From an uncultured Oscillospiraceae bacterium (GTDB taxonomy: Bacteria > Bacillota > Clostridia > Oscillospirales > Acutalibacteraceae), in assembly GCA_959601025.1 (NCBI GenBank), contig CAUGOD010000002.1, positions 6,173 to 70,172 of the forward strand: 64,000 nt of DNA. The letters are read 5' to 3'. The notes under the pieces were generated by a model that saw only the letters and a list, made by a program, of their open reading frames with translations, was not told the origin of the DNA and ran no database searches. The translations under genes and the position numbers were made by a program. Below, one piece after another: positions 18,427 to 27,901 of the stretch. Positions within the stretch are counted from its first letter, which is position 1. Every line of letters begins with the position of its first letter.

Positions 18427-19334
18427 TATTCTTTAATCCCCGAGGAGGCCATTGTCTGCAGAATGTTGCTCTGTGCCAGCACAAACACGGCGATCGGCGG
18501 GATAATCAGGAGCAGCGTAACGGCGGAACCGGCTCCGGTGCGGGCGACGCCGCCGTTCATGATCTGATTCAACGCATAGTTGAGGGGCTTGAGCTCCTCG
18601 GAAAAGATATAGGTACCGCCCGTCGCGCCCCACATGCTCTGAAAGCCGAAGATAATCAGGGTCAGCCAGGCCGGCTTGACCAGCGGCATGGCAATCTGGA
18701 AGAAGATGCGCAGCTCCGACGCGCCGTCGATCCGCGCGGCCTCCAGCAGGCTGTCGGGGATGTTGCACATGAACTGCTTCATCAGGAACAGCCCGAGCGA
18801 GGAGGCGATGGCCGGCACGATCAGGGAAGCCAAAGTATTGACCCAGCCGAGCCGGCTCATGATGATGTAGCTGGGGATGGCGGTAACCGTCGGGGAGAAC
18901 ATCAGGGACAGCACCACCACCTTAAAAATGAATTCCCGTCCCGGGAACCGCCGCTTTTCCAGCACATAGGCGGCCAGAGAGGCGACGATCAGCTGGCCGG
19001 CGACGGTCAGCGCGGTGATCAGCAGGGTGTTGAAGAAGTAGCGGGACATGGGCACCCAGGATTCGCCCATCAGCACCGACAGGTTTTTGAAGTTGTTCAG
19101 GGTCGGGTTGCGGACGAAGAACTGGGGCGGGAACATGAACAGCTCATCCAGCGGCTTGAAAGCGCTGTTGGCGATATAGACCAGAGGGAGGGCCATGAAT
19201 GCGCCCACCAGGCAGAGCATCAGGAAATTCCCGACCCGCCCGGCACGGCTCCGTCCCACCCGATAACCGCCCAGGCGGTGCTTTTTCCGGCGGACGGTCA
19301 TGTCCCGCCGCTTTTTTGCGGCTTCGGTTGTCAT
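18426..19334 (-). CDS. carbohydrate ABC transporter permease (MalG-like)
   Basis: Start MTTEAAKKRR with GGGAGG RBS. Permease signature (…AARIDGASELRIFFQIAMPLVKPA…). Confidence 0.85.
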   Translation of the reverse strand: MTTEAAKKRRDMTVRRKKHRLGGYRVGRSRAGRVGNFLMLCLVGAFMALPLVYIANSAFKPLDELFMFPPQFFVRNPTLNNFKNLSVLMGESWVPMSRYFFNTLLITALTVAGQLIVASLAAYVLEKRRFPGREFIFKVVVLSLMFSPTVTAIPSYIIMSRLGWVNTLASLIVPAIASSLGLFLMKQFMCNIPDSLLEAARIDGASELRIFFQIAMPLVKPAWLTLIIFGFQSMWGATGGTYIFSEELKPLNYALNQIMNGGVARTGAGSAVTLLLIIPPIAVFVLAQSNILQTMASSGIKE

Positions 19335-19427
19335 CGTGCTCCTCCCTTCTTTCCCCAAAGGCGGAAAATAGAAATTTTTTTACCTTTTAGGCTTTTCAAT
19401 CTTATCAAACTACTAAAACTACCCAAA

Positions 19428-20375
19428 CTATACCCCTACTTTCCGCAGGAGTTTCTGCACCAGCGAGTTGCTGCCCACCATCATGATGAACAGAATGGTC
19501 GCAATGGCGCAGGCGTAGCCCATCTCAAAACGGACGCCGCCGTAATCGTTCATGTGGTTGAGGATGGTATGGGTGGCGTAATCGGTGCTGGGGCTGCCGA
19601 ACATCACATCGTGCATGGCGCCGCAGGAGAAGGCCGAGGAAATGGACATAACCGCGCCGAACATCAGCTGGGGACGCATCATCGGCAGGGTGATGAACCA
19701 CAGCTCCTGCCAGCGGTTGCGGATTCCCTCCACATACCCCGCCTCGTACATCGAGCGGTCCACCGTCTGGAAGCCCGCGACGAAGGAAAGAAAACCGGAG
19801 CCGAGGCTCATCCAAAGGGTAACCACGATGGCGACTCCCATCATGCAGTTGGTGTCGGTCAGCCACTGGATCGGCTCATTAAGGAAGCCCAGATTCATCA
19901 GCACGCCGTTCAGATAGCCGTAGGCATCGCCGCTGAACAGCACCTTCCAGATCATGTACGCACCGCCGCAGATGGAGGGAGCGTACATAACGGTGACCAT
20001 CAGCGCCCGCAGGGGGGCGGACAGCTCGTTGATGCACCAAGCCATCAGCAGGGAAAGCAGATACCCCGCCGGTCCGGTGATCAGCGCGATCAGGAGGGTG
20101 TTTTTCAGCGCGGTAGTGAACACGCTGTCCGAAACGAAGAGGTTCAGGTAGTTCTGCCAGCCAATGAACTGGGGCGGCTGCAGCACGTTGTAATAGGTGA
20201 AGCTGTAGTAAATGGACATCAGAACCGGCGCGATGACGAACAGCGAGAAGATCGCCAGAAAGGGCAGCAGGAACACATAGCAATCCCAGTTTTTCGCCGC
20301 TTCCTTCCGCTTTTCGGCCAGGGAAGCCCGGCCCTTCGACGCACCGGTGGTTCCCGCCGTTCTTTTGTGCAACAT
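19428..20375 (-). CDS. sugar ABC transporter permease (MalF-like)
   Basis: Start MLHKRTAG… with RBS GAAAGGAAAGG. The track ORF is extended 85 codons upstream by high GC. Confidence 0.85.
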   Translation of the reverse strand: MLHKRTAGTTGASKGRASLAEKRKEAAKNWDCYVFLLPFLAIFSLFVIAPVLMSIYYSFTYYNVLQPPQFIGWQNYLNLFVSDSVFTTALKNTLLIALITGPAGYLLSLLMAWCINELSAPLRALMVTVMYAPSICGGAYMIWKVLFSGDAYGYLNGVLMNLGFLNEPIQWLTDTNCMMGVAIVVTLWMSLGSGFLSFVAGFQTVDRSMYEAGYVEGIRNRWQELWFITLPMMRPQLMFGAVMSISSAFSCGAMHDVMFGSPSTDYATHTILNHMNDYGGVRFEMGYACAIATILFIMMVGSNSLVQKLLRKVGV

Positions 20376-20413
20376 GGACACCTTTCCTTTCTTCGGCACA
20401 GGATCCCCCCGGC

Positions 20414-23299
20414 TCAGGATAAGTGGAATTCCTTGCGTTTGTTGGTGATTTCCTCGTTGATGATATACACGTAATCCAGCAGGGTGTCCTTCGCGTCCTT
20501 GTCGTGCAGCACCACCTGCCGGAAGGCGTTGGTGATATGGCGGGAGAGGTAATAGCTGCCGGGCACCTGTTCGATCCCCCGCGCGCTCTCCAGCTGGGCG
20601 CTCAGCTCCGCGTATTCCGCCGTGGACCACGGCAGGCGGGAGAAGGCTTCCAGATTGGCGGCGGGATACCGGGCGGATTCACCGAGAATGCTTTCCATCT
20701 CGGTGCCGTACCGGGTCTGGGTGTCGGCGGAGGTCCACCAGCGCAGGAACGACCAGGCCGCCTCCTTGTCCCCGGCGCCGTCCATGATTACGCAGGCGGT
20801 GGAGGACAGCACGGCGCTGTTGTCGATCGTCCCGTCGTCCCGTTCGGCGCCGGGGACGGGGGTGAAGGCCCAAAGGCCCTTGATTTCAGGGGCGGACACC
20901 TGCAGGGAGTTGTATAGCGAATAATCGGAAATGGCGATCGGAACCTCGCCCACCCGGAAGCGGTTGAGGATATCCATCTCCTGTGATACCTTGTAGTTCA
21001 CATAAAAGTTGGTCCACTGCTTGAAGGCGGAAACCGCCGCGTCCGAATCCAGCACGGTGGCGCTCTGCGCCTCGTTGTAAATGCTGCCGCCGTTCTGCAT
21101 CAGGAGCAGATAGAAGATGTTGACGTCCACCACATTGGACAGGCCGAATTCCATGTTCTGCTTATTGAGCACCGAGATGGCCGAGATGACCTCGTTCCAG
21201 GTGCGGGGGACGGACAGCCCCAGCTCCGCCAGGATATCGGCGCGGTAAAACAGCATGGGGAAGCTTTGGGTTTCCGGCAGTGCATAGACGCCGCCGGTCA
21301 GGCGATAGGGGACAAAGAGCTCGGGGTTGAACCACGCCTGCACCTCGCGGAAATCCTCAAACTGGCTGAGGTCCGCCAGCGCGCCGCGCAGGGCGTAGTT
21401 AACCGGGTCGCCCATGCCGACTCCCAGCGCCACGTCCGGGCCGATGCCCGCGATGGTCGCGGACAGCAGCGTATCCGCCGCCACCAGCTGCAGATCGGCC
21501 GAAATGCCGGTCTGCGGGACGAAGGAATCGTTGATGATAGACTTGAGTGTCTGGCACTGGTCGCGGCCGGAGGAAATCCATACGGTCACGCCGCGGGAGC
21601 CGGTCTCCGTGGACATGTTGCCGATAGCGTTGTAATCCACGATGAAGGAATCCAGGAAATTGCGGACGTGGAAGACCAGCATGTCGAAAAATCCGGCGTT
21701 GGGCTTTTTCAGGGTCTGGTCGGGGGAATAGACGGTTATGTAGTCGATCTCCAGCGGCTGCTCATGGTTGGTATTCAGCCAGGTGCCGAGGGAGCCGATA
21801 TTGGTCTTAAAGTAGCTGAATTTCCGGGCGATCTTATCCGGGTTTTCATACATGCTTTTCAGCTGCCGGGCGACGGTTTTCAGCACGCCGATATTGTCGT
21901 TGCTGGTCTCGCCGGTCAGCTCCTGTAGGGAGGCGATCAGCCCCATCAGCCGGTCGTATTGGGTATGGAGGTTTTCGATGGAGTCGGGAATCAGGTCATC
22001 CAGCTTGTAATCCCGGTAAAGGTCCGGGCTGGAGCCGGTAATAATCAAAATCTCCCGGTAGATCCGGTTCAGCTGGAGAAGGACGTCCTCCGCCTCCCGG
22101 AGCAGCTCGCCCATCTCTCCGAGCGCCACTTCCATACGCAGCTCGTGCGTCCCTTCCTCCAGATAGAAGAGGTAGGGCTCCTCCCCGCCGAGCACGACGC
22201 TCTGCCAGTCGGCGCCGTAGTGGAAGGAAACCGTGTCCATTTCCGCAAAAGGAACCTCGCCGTCGATCAGGATGCGGCGGCTGGAGACGATGCCGCTGGT
22301 GGTGTTCTGCCGGACCTTGAGCGCCAGACGGTAAAGCCCGCTTTTCGGAACCGTGAAGGTCCAGGTCAGAAATTCCCCGGGATAGGACCATCGGCTGCCG
22401 CCGATGGTGTTCAGTCTGGTCAGGGACGGTGTATACGGCTCGGTCGCGGGGGAGGTGCGGTCGGTCATGGGATACAGGGTCGCGGAGGATTTATACACGG
22501 CGTCCTCTCCCTGGATGGTGATGCATTCTCCCTGCGTTTCAGCCAGCCCCGCCGCTGTGTAATCCTCGGCCGTCTTTTCGTAAGAGGGCGGGCTTTCGGG
22601 CGGTGCAAAGGTCAGGGAATGAAGAAGCATCGGCTCGTTGACCGCTTCCAGTGCGATTGTGTTTTCCCCGGCTTCCAGATAAAAGGTCAGCGCGCCGGTG
22701 TAATAGCCGTTGCTGTCCCGGCAATACCGTTCCAGCCAGACGGGCGTTTCCTTCTGCGAAGGGCGAATGTCGTTGCCGTACACGTCGGTCTGGATTTCCT
22801 CCACCGCGTTTCCCCACACCCGGGGAAACAGCAGGTTCCCCGCCTCCTCATAAGGCAGGCTGCCATTCACGGTGAGCGAACGTTCCAGCTCCACGCCCTT
22901 TCCCTCCGCCGGGTAATACCGCAGCTTGAGGGTGTACAGGCCGGCGGTCTCCGCCGCGACATTCCACGCGACGGTGGTTCCCTCGGGCATATACAGGCTG
23001 TCGCCCTCCTGCCCAAAAGCGTCGGCCTGTACCTCGACGCCCTCGCCTTCCGCCGTGTAGTCCTCCGCTGCCGGGATGGTCAGGACGCCGGTCCCGATTC
23101 GGCCGGCATAGGTTTCCAGATATTCCTCGTAGGAGGGAACGGCGGAGTTGTTAGCGACGCCTGTTGTTTCGGCGGCGAAAACCGCCGCGGCTTCGTCTTC
23201 ATCCGCGGGCGCGGCCGACGCCGGCAGGACGGACAGCGCCAAAGCCGCCGCCAGAAGGAGGCTGATCCCCCGGTTTTTCCCTTCCGATGACAATCGCAT
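20414..23299 (-). CDS. giant extracellular solute-binding protein (961 aa): tandem CBM-like beta-sandwich modules + helical linker + family-1 SBP domain
   Basis: Signal peptide MRLSSEGKNRGISLLLAAALALSVLPASAA. Two ~150-aa modules (…YTLKLRYYPAEGKG… and …LYRLALKVRQNTTSG…). C-terminal half has SBP_bac_1-like motifs (…LFYRADILAELGLSVPRTWNEV…). Paralog of 54638..57562. Confidence 0.8.
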   Translation of the reverse strand: MRLSSEGKNRGISLLLAAALALSVLPASAAPADEDEAAAVFAAETTGVANNSAVPSYEEYLETYAGRIGTGVLTIPAAEDYTAEGEGVEVQADAFGQEGDSLYMPEGTTVAWNVAAETAGLYTLKLRYYPAEGKGVELERSLTVNGSLPYEEAGNLLFPRVWGNAVEEIQTDVYGNDIRPSQKETPVWLERYCRDSNGYYTGALTFYLEAGENTIALEAVNEPMLLHSLTFAPPESPPSYEKTAEDYTAAGLAETQGECITIQGEDAVYKSSATLYPMTDRTSPATEPYTPSLTRLNTIGGSRWSYPGEFLTWTFTVPKSGLYRLALKVRQNTTSGIVSSRRILIDGEVPFAEMDTVSFHYGADWQSVVLGGEEPYLFYLEEGTHELRMEVALGEMGELLREAEDVLLQLNRIYREILIITGSSPDLYRDYKLDDLIPDSIENLHTQYDRLMGLIASLQELTGETSNDNIGVLKTVARQLKSMYENPDKIARKFSYFKTNIGSLGTWLNTNHEQPLEIDYITVYSPDQTLKKPNAGFFDMLVFHVRNFLDSFIVDYNAIGNMSTETGSRGVTVWISSGRDQCQTLKSIINDSFVPQTGISADLQLVAADTLLSATIAGIGPDVALGVGMGDPVNYALRGALADLSQFEDFREVQAWFNPELFVPYRLTGGVYALPETQSFPMLFYRADILAELGLSVPRTWNEVISAISVLNKQNMEFGLSNVVDVNIFYLLLMQNGGSIYNEAQSATVLDSDAAVSAFKQWTNFYVNYKVSQEMDILNRFRVGEVPIAISDYSLYNSLQVSAPEIKGLWAFTPVPGAERDDGTIDNSAVLSSTACVIMDGAGDKEAAWSFLRWWTSADTQTRYGTEMESILGESARYPAANLEAFSRLPWSTAEYAELSAQLESARGIEQVPGSYYLSRHITNAFRQVVLHDKDAKDTLLDYVYIINEEITNKRKEFHLS

Positions 23300-23368
23300 G
23301 ATTCATCCCCATTCTTTCGCAGAAGCGGCGCGGCAGGCGGGAAAGCCCGCGCGCCTTCGATCCATCCG

Positions 23369-23386
23369 CCGGGTTCGCGAACCCGG
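23369..23386. promoter_or_regulatory. perfect 18-bp palindrome CCGGGTTCGCGAACCCGG in the 113-nt gap between the first gene of cluster A and the giant SBP gene
   Basis: Read directly in the sequence. No T-run follows, so probably an intercistronic stem-loop rather than a terminator. Confidence 0.3.
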
Positions 23387-23412
23387 CTGGCGGCTACGGC
23401 AGGAGTCCACCG

Positions 23413-25038
23413 TTAGCGAACCCGGATTTCCACCGGGCCGTTGTGGAGGATAGCCAGCTCGTAGCCGTCCGGACCCCGCCGGATGGTGACCTGTCCGCCG
23501 TCCACCTGTACGGAGTCGGCTCCGGCGATGGTCAGCCGGGTTTCCCGGTTTTCCCCGATAAAGGGGCAGGCGTCGTCGAGAATATAGCTGTCCAGATAGG
23601 AGCATCCGCTGAAATGCGGGTTGTTAAAGACCCCCTTGGCGGAATCGGAGCGGAAATTGTTCAGGTGGAGCCGCAGGCCGTCCGCCCGCGCGAAGCCCAC
23701 CATATAGGTGTGGGGAGCGAAGACGCCGGACAGGACCCATTTCCCGACCGGAACCTCCCGGAAATACTGGGTGGCGTCCCGGTTTTCGAGCGTGTGGGAA
23801 AACAGCCACCGTTCCTCCACATGGAATACGCAGGCATCGGTGTCCAGTTGTTCGGGATACCGCTCGTCAAACCATGCCTTTTTATCGGCCGGGACGGTTC
23901 GGCTGTCCAGCAGGGCGGGGAAGCGGGCTTCCGCTTCCGCGCGGGCGAAGCCGGGGACGACCGGGATGACGAAATACCGGCCGGAGCGCTGGAGGACGCT
24001 GCCGCTGGAATTGTCCTTTTTCACCTTTTCCAGCGCTTCCCGTGGGGCGTACAGATCGAGGAAGGGTTCCTCGGACGGCTCGCGGAACAAGGGGGAATCC
24101 CAGTCGTCCAGTATGTAGGCGGCCCTGATTTTCTTGAGCGCCTGTTCCCGGGTGGAGATCATCCCCTCCTCCAGTGCCATCCGGTGGAGAGGGAGGAGCA
24201 CCCGGCGGAACTGGGGCGTGAGGGTATTTTTATAGGCGATCATGCGGCCTTCGACTTCAAAGCTGACGATGCTTGCGCCCTGCAGAAGGGCGGGGGCCAG
24301 AATCTGGCCCATCAGCGCTTCCGGACAACCGAACTCCATCAGGGTGAGCCCAAGATTGAGGTAGAAATCCCCGAAGCGCTGCCGGAGCGCGTCGTGATAG
24401 GTGCGCCCCTCGCTTCCGCCGTAAAGGAAGGTGTAGCCCTGCTCATACCACCAGAAGTCCTCCACGTTGATGCCCCAGGCGGGAGACAGCCCCGTCAGCC
24501 AGTAGCCCATCGCCAGGCTGCGGGTCAGGTGGTACTGTCCCCATCCGTTCACCTTATCCTGGAAGATCACCGTGCCGGGATGCGCCCGCAGGAAAGCGCC
24601 GAAACGGGGATCTTCCGCCGCTTTGGCGAAAACGTGCTTCCGGTCCGGATAGCCCATGTCCTCCCACAGGAGATAGACGCCGTAACGGCTGCAGATTTCC
24701 GCCATGGCCATCAGGCGGTCCATCTGGATATCGTTGAGATCGAAGCAGGACATTTCCACTAGGGAAACCGCCACGATATTCTCATAATCGGCGAGCAGGC
24801 GTTCCAGCCGGTCGGGAGCGACCACCCAGTCCCGTAGAAAGCTGTCCCAGTATTCCGTCTGCAGCACCACCTGAATACCGCGCTCCCGGAAATCCGTCAG
24901 GCGTTCCATATGGTCGTCGTGCGCCGCGTCCACAGCCATGGAGGCGTGGGGACGCAGGTCCTCGGGAATCACATCGTAACTGCTGCATTTAAAATTGAAT
25001 AGCGGATGACGGCTGGAAATTTCTCTTCGTTGTTGCAT
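23413..25038 (-). CDS. cytoplasmic TIM-barrel glycoside-hydrolase-like protein (family unassigned); paralog of 7255..9216
   Basis: Start MQQRREISSRH… with RBS AGGACAGAGGGG. No signal peptide. Shares conserved blocks with the 7255 lipoprotein. Confidence 0.65.
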   Translation of the reverse strand: MQQRREISSRHPLFNFKCSSYDVIPEDLRPHASMAVDAAHDDHMERLTDFRERGIQVVLQTEYWDSFLRDWVVAPDRLERLLADYENIVAVSLVEMSCFDLNDIQMDRLMAMAEICSRYGVYLLWEDMGYPDRKHVFAKAAEDPRFGAFLRAHPGTVIFQDKVNGWGQYHLTRSLAMGYWLTGLSPAWGINVEDFWWYEQGYTFLYGGSEGRTYHDALRQRFGDFYLNLGLTLMEFGCPEALMGQILAPALLQGASIVSFEVEGRMIAYKNTLTPQFRRVLLPLHRMALEEGMISTREQALKKIRAAYILDDWDSPLFREPSEEPFLDLYAPREALEKVKKDNSSGSVLQRSGRYFVIPVVPGFARAEAEARFPALLDSRTVPADKKAWFDERYPEQLDTDACVFHVEERWLFSHTLENRDATQYFREVPVGKWVLSGVFAPHTYMVGFARADGLRLHLNNFRSDSAKGVFNNPHFSGCSYLDSYILDDACPFIGENRETRLTIAGADSVQVDGGQVTIRRGPDGYELAILHNGPVEIRVR

Positions 25039-25384
25039 GCGGCGTTCCCCTCTGTCCTTGAAAATAGGTGGCTCCGCCCCGGTCGGACGACACGGCTGCG
25101 GACTTTGCAGGCTGGAATTCCTTGTCAGAATTGCACTTAAAACATGTATTGGTTTGGTTCCTTTTGTATTGTAGCACAACAGGAAATGTTGGTATATCAC
25201 GGAACATGCGGTATGAGTAACAAAACGTGCTGTATTTGGTATGCAAATACTGGATGGTAAAAAGAGGGAGAGCGACCGGCGGCTCCCGTTTGCTCCGGGA
25301 CCGCTGACCGCCCTCCCTCTGTTGGCAGAAACTGTCGGCTGAAAGGTAAAAAAGTGAAGGTTCAGGATGAAAGGGATAAAGGGG
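25039..25384 (-). promoter_or_regulatory. AT-rich upstream region of cluster A (putative promoter/operator region)
   Basis: Local GC drop (…tgtattggtttggttccttttgtattgtagcacaacaggaaatgttggtatatcacggaacatgcggtatgagtaacaaaacgtgctgtatttggtatgcaaatactgg…) immediately upstream of the first gene of an ~18-kb co-directional array. Confidence 0.35.
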
Positions 25385-27901
25385 TTATTTCTTTTTCCTG
25401 CGCAGGGCCAGCAGGGTAACGCCGGCGGTCAGCAGCAGGGCCGCGGGGATTATCCGGACAGCCTCGCCGGTGTTCACCTGTCCGCCGCCCTCTCCGTCCA
25501 GAGTACGGGGCTCGGAACTAAACACGACCGAATCGACGTAGATGGTGCCCTTCCAGGCCTTGGTACTCTTATAATCCTCGGCGTTGAGCTGGAATTCCAC
25601 GCCGCGGGCCATCGCTTTTTCATAGGAGGAGATATCCACGTTGTACATGTGGGCGCCTTTTTTGATGCTGACCAGCTGGTACCAGCTCTCTCCCCAGTCG
25701 GGATCGCCCAGAATCACCCGCAGGACGCAGTCCACGTCGGAGTTCATCCAGAAGGAGAGGTAATTGGTGTCCTCGTTCAGGTAGAACCAGTCGTCATAGG
25801 AGGCGGGCTCCATCACCCACTGTGTTTTTGTCCAGTCGCCCTCCATGTTCACCATCATCTTCAGGCTCCGCTTTCCGCTGTATACGGGAGAGGTAACCAG
25901 ATCGAAATGCTTGCCCTGCTTCATATAGGGACCGACCTTCGGGGTGAGTTCCCCTTCCTCAAAATCGGTGATCGGCAGGATCACGACGGCGGGCTTGGTG
26001 GTTTCGGTCGCGGAGGGAGCGGTGGGCACGACCGGCTCCTCGCCCGGCAGGGCGCGGGGGGTATCGGTCAGGACGACCGAATCCATATACCCGAAGCCGG
26101 AGAAGGGCTTGGGCGCGGCGGCGTAGTATTCGCCCTTCAGCTGAATCAGAAGGCGGGAGAAACCGCGGAAGGCGGAGTCCGAAACGTCGATGTTGTACAT
26201 ATGCGTACCCGCCTTGATGGAAAGGTCATAGTATTCGTCGCCGTTCCAGTCGATATCGGCCAGCTGCAGCTTCGCCGTGCAGTCCACGTCGGAGCTCATC
26301 CAGAAGGAAAGGTACAGCTTGTCGCTGTCCGGAAAAACCGTGGCCTTGTCGATCATATAGGTGATGGTGGTGTATTGGTTCTCGTATTTCAGGGGCAGCT
26401 TCATGCTCTTGGAACCCTCAAACTTCAGATCGGACGCGGTTTCCACAGTAAGGCTGCCGTCCGTCGGCCAGCTGACTACGAACAGCGGGTCGCCGTCTTC
26501 AAAGCCGGTGATCGGGACGACCAGCGCTTCCGGCTCGGTGGGTTCGGTCTGGCTGGGCTGCGTGCTCTCGGAGGGCACGGTGGATTCCGTCGAGGGGGTG
26601 GTGGGCTGGTCGGCCGTTCCGCGCGGGGTGTCGGTGACGATTACGGAATCCAGATAGACATAGCCCGAATACGGGGCCTGCTCCGGAATGTTCCCGGACT
26701 TGCCGCCGTTGCTCCAGTTGTTGATCATGACGCCGCGGACGCCGGCAAAGGGGCAGTCGGAGATATCCACGTTGTACAGGCGCGCGCCCTGCTGGATGTT
26801 GACGATGTAGTATTTATCGCCGTTCCAGTTGCTGTCGCAGAGCTGGATTTCCACCGCGGCGTCCACTTCGGAATCCGCCCAGAAAGAGAGGTATTTCTTC
26901 GCCATGCCTTCGGGGAAGGTCACGGTGCTGCCGATTGCATAGGTGATTGTACTCCACTGGTTCTGGCTTTCGAGCTTCAGCTTCAGGCTGCCGGCGCCCT
27001 CGTATTTCGGGCTGGATGCGGCTTCCACGGTAACGCTGCCGTCATCGGGATAGTTTACCTTGATCTGTCCGGCATCCTCACAATCCGCGATCACGACGCT
27101 TTTGGCGCCGGTCTGCGTGGGCTCCGTGGTCGGTGTGGTTTCGGAGGAGGTCGTCTCCGTCGGCTGGGCGGACTGCGTGGCTTCGCTTGTCTGGGAGCTG
27201 GAAGAGCTTGCTGTGCTTGCCGTAGTGGCTTCCGTCGTGGTGGTTACGGCCGCTTCGCTGGTGGAGGTGGTCGTCTCGCTGGGAAGTTCGCGCGGGATGT
27301 CGGTGACGATTACGGAATCCAGATAGACATAGCCCGAATACGGGGCCTGCTCCGGAATGTTCCCGGACTTGCCGCCGTTGCTCCAGTTGTTGATCATGAC
27401 GCCGCGGACGCCGGCAAAGGGGCAGTCGGAGATATCCACGTTGTACAGGCGCGCGCCCTGCTGGATGTTGACGATGTAGTATTTATCGCCGTTCCAGTTG
27501 CTGTCGCAGAGCTGGATTTCCACCGCGGCGTCCACTTCGGAATCCGCCCAGAAAGAGAGGTATTTCTTCGCCATGCCTTCGGGGAAGGTCACGGTGCTGC
27601 CGATTGCATAGGTGATTGTACTCCACTGGTTCTGGCTTTCGAGCTTCAGCTTCAGGCTGCCGGCGCCCTCGTATTTCGGGCTGGATGCGGCTTCCACGGC
27701 AACGCTGCCGTCATCGGGATAGTTTACCTTGATCTGCCCGGCATCCTCACAATCCGCGATTACGACGCTTTTGGCGCTGGTCTGCGAGCCGTCGCCGAGC
27801 GCGGAAAACGCCGGCAGGGCGGTAACGGCAAACGAGAAAACGGCGCTGATCGCCAGTACGGCTTTCACCAGTTTGCGGGGCTTTTTTTCCAGTTTATCCA
27901 T
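25385..27901 (-). CDS. secreted membrane-anchored protein (838 aa) with four CBM-like beta-sandwich modules (two identical) separated by Thr/Ser/Pro/Glu linkers
   Basis: Start MDKLEKKPRKLVKAVLAISAVFSFAVTALPAFSA with RBS GGAAGGAG. Modules of ~160 aa (…YLSFWADSEVDAAVEIQLCDSNWNGDKYY…YVYLDSVIVTD). C-terminus …GQVNTGEAVRIIPAALLLTAGVTLLALRRKKK (hydrophobic anchor plus basic tail). The 25367..27931(+) track ORF is a Gly/Arg-rich antisense artefact. Confidence 0.75.
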   Translation of the reverse strand: MDKLEKKPRKLVKAVLAISAVFSFAVTALPAFSALGDGSQTSAKSVVIADCEDAGQIKVNYPDDGSVAVEAASSPKYEGAGSLKLKLESQNQWSTITYAIGSTVTFPEGMAKKYLSFWADSEVDAAVEIQLCDSNWNGDKYYIVNIQQGARLYNVDISDCPFAGVRGVMINNWSNGGKSGNIPEQAPYSGYVYLDSVIVTDIPRELPSETTTSTSEAAVTTTTEATTASTASSSSSQTSEATQSAQPTETTSSETTPTTEPTQTGAKSVVIADCEDAGQIKVNYPDDGSVTVEAASSPKYEGAGSLKLKLESQNQWSTITYAIGSTVTFPEGMAKKYLSFWADSEVDAAVEIQLCDSNWNGDKYYIVNIQQGARLYNVDISDCPFAGVRGVMINNWSNGGKSGNIPEQAPYSGYVYLDSVIVTDTPRGTADQPTTPSTESTVPSESTQPSQTEPTEPEALVVPITGFEDGDPLFVVSWPTDGSLTVETASDLKFEGSKSMKLPLKYENQYTTITYMIDKATVFPDSDKLYLSFWMSSDVDCTAKLQLADIDWNGDEYYDLSIKAGTHMYNIDVSDSAFRGFSRLLIQLKGEYYAAAPKPFSGFGYMDSVVLTDTPRALPGEEPVVPTAPSATETTKPAVVILPITDFEEGELTPKVGPYMKQGKHFDLVTSPVYSGKRSLKMMVNMEGDWTKTQWVMEPASYDDWFYLNEDTNYLSFWMNSDVDCVLRVILGDPDWGESWYQLVSIKKGAHMYNVDISSYEKAMARGVEFQLNAEDYKSTKAWKGTIYVDSVVFSSEPRTLDGEGGGQVNTGEAVRIIPAALLLTAGVTLLALRRKKK
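26627..27110. repeat. intragenic direct repeat, copy 1 (~480 bp)
   Basis: Near-identical to 27296..27790, offset 669 bp (223 codons, in frame). Only a handful of mismatches near the 3' end. Encodes the duplicated CBM-like module. Confidence 0.85.
27296..27790. repeat. intragenic direct repeat, copy 2 (~480 bp)
   Basis: See copy 1. Sequence identity read directly by comparing 26631-27110 with 27300-27780. Confidence 0.85.
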
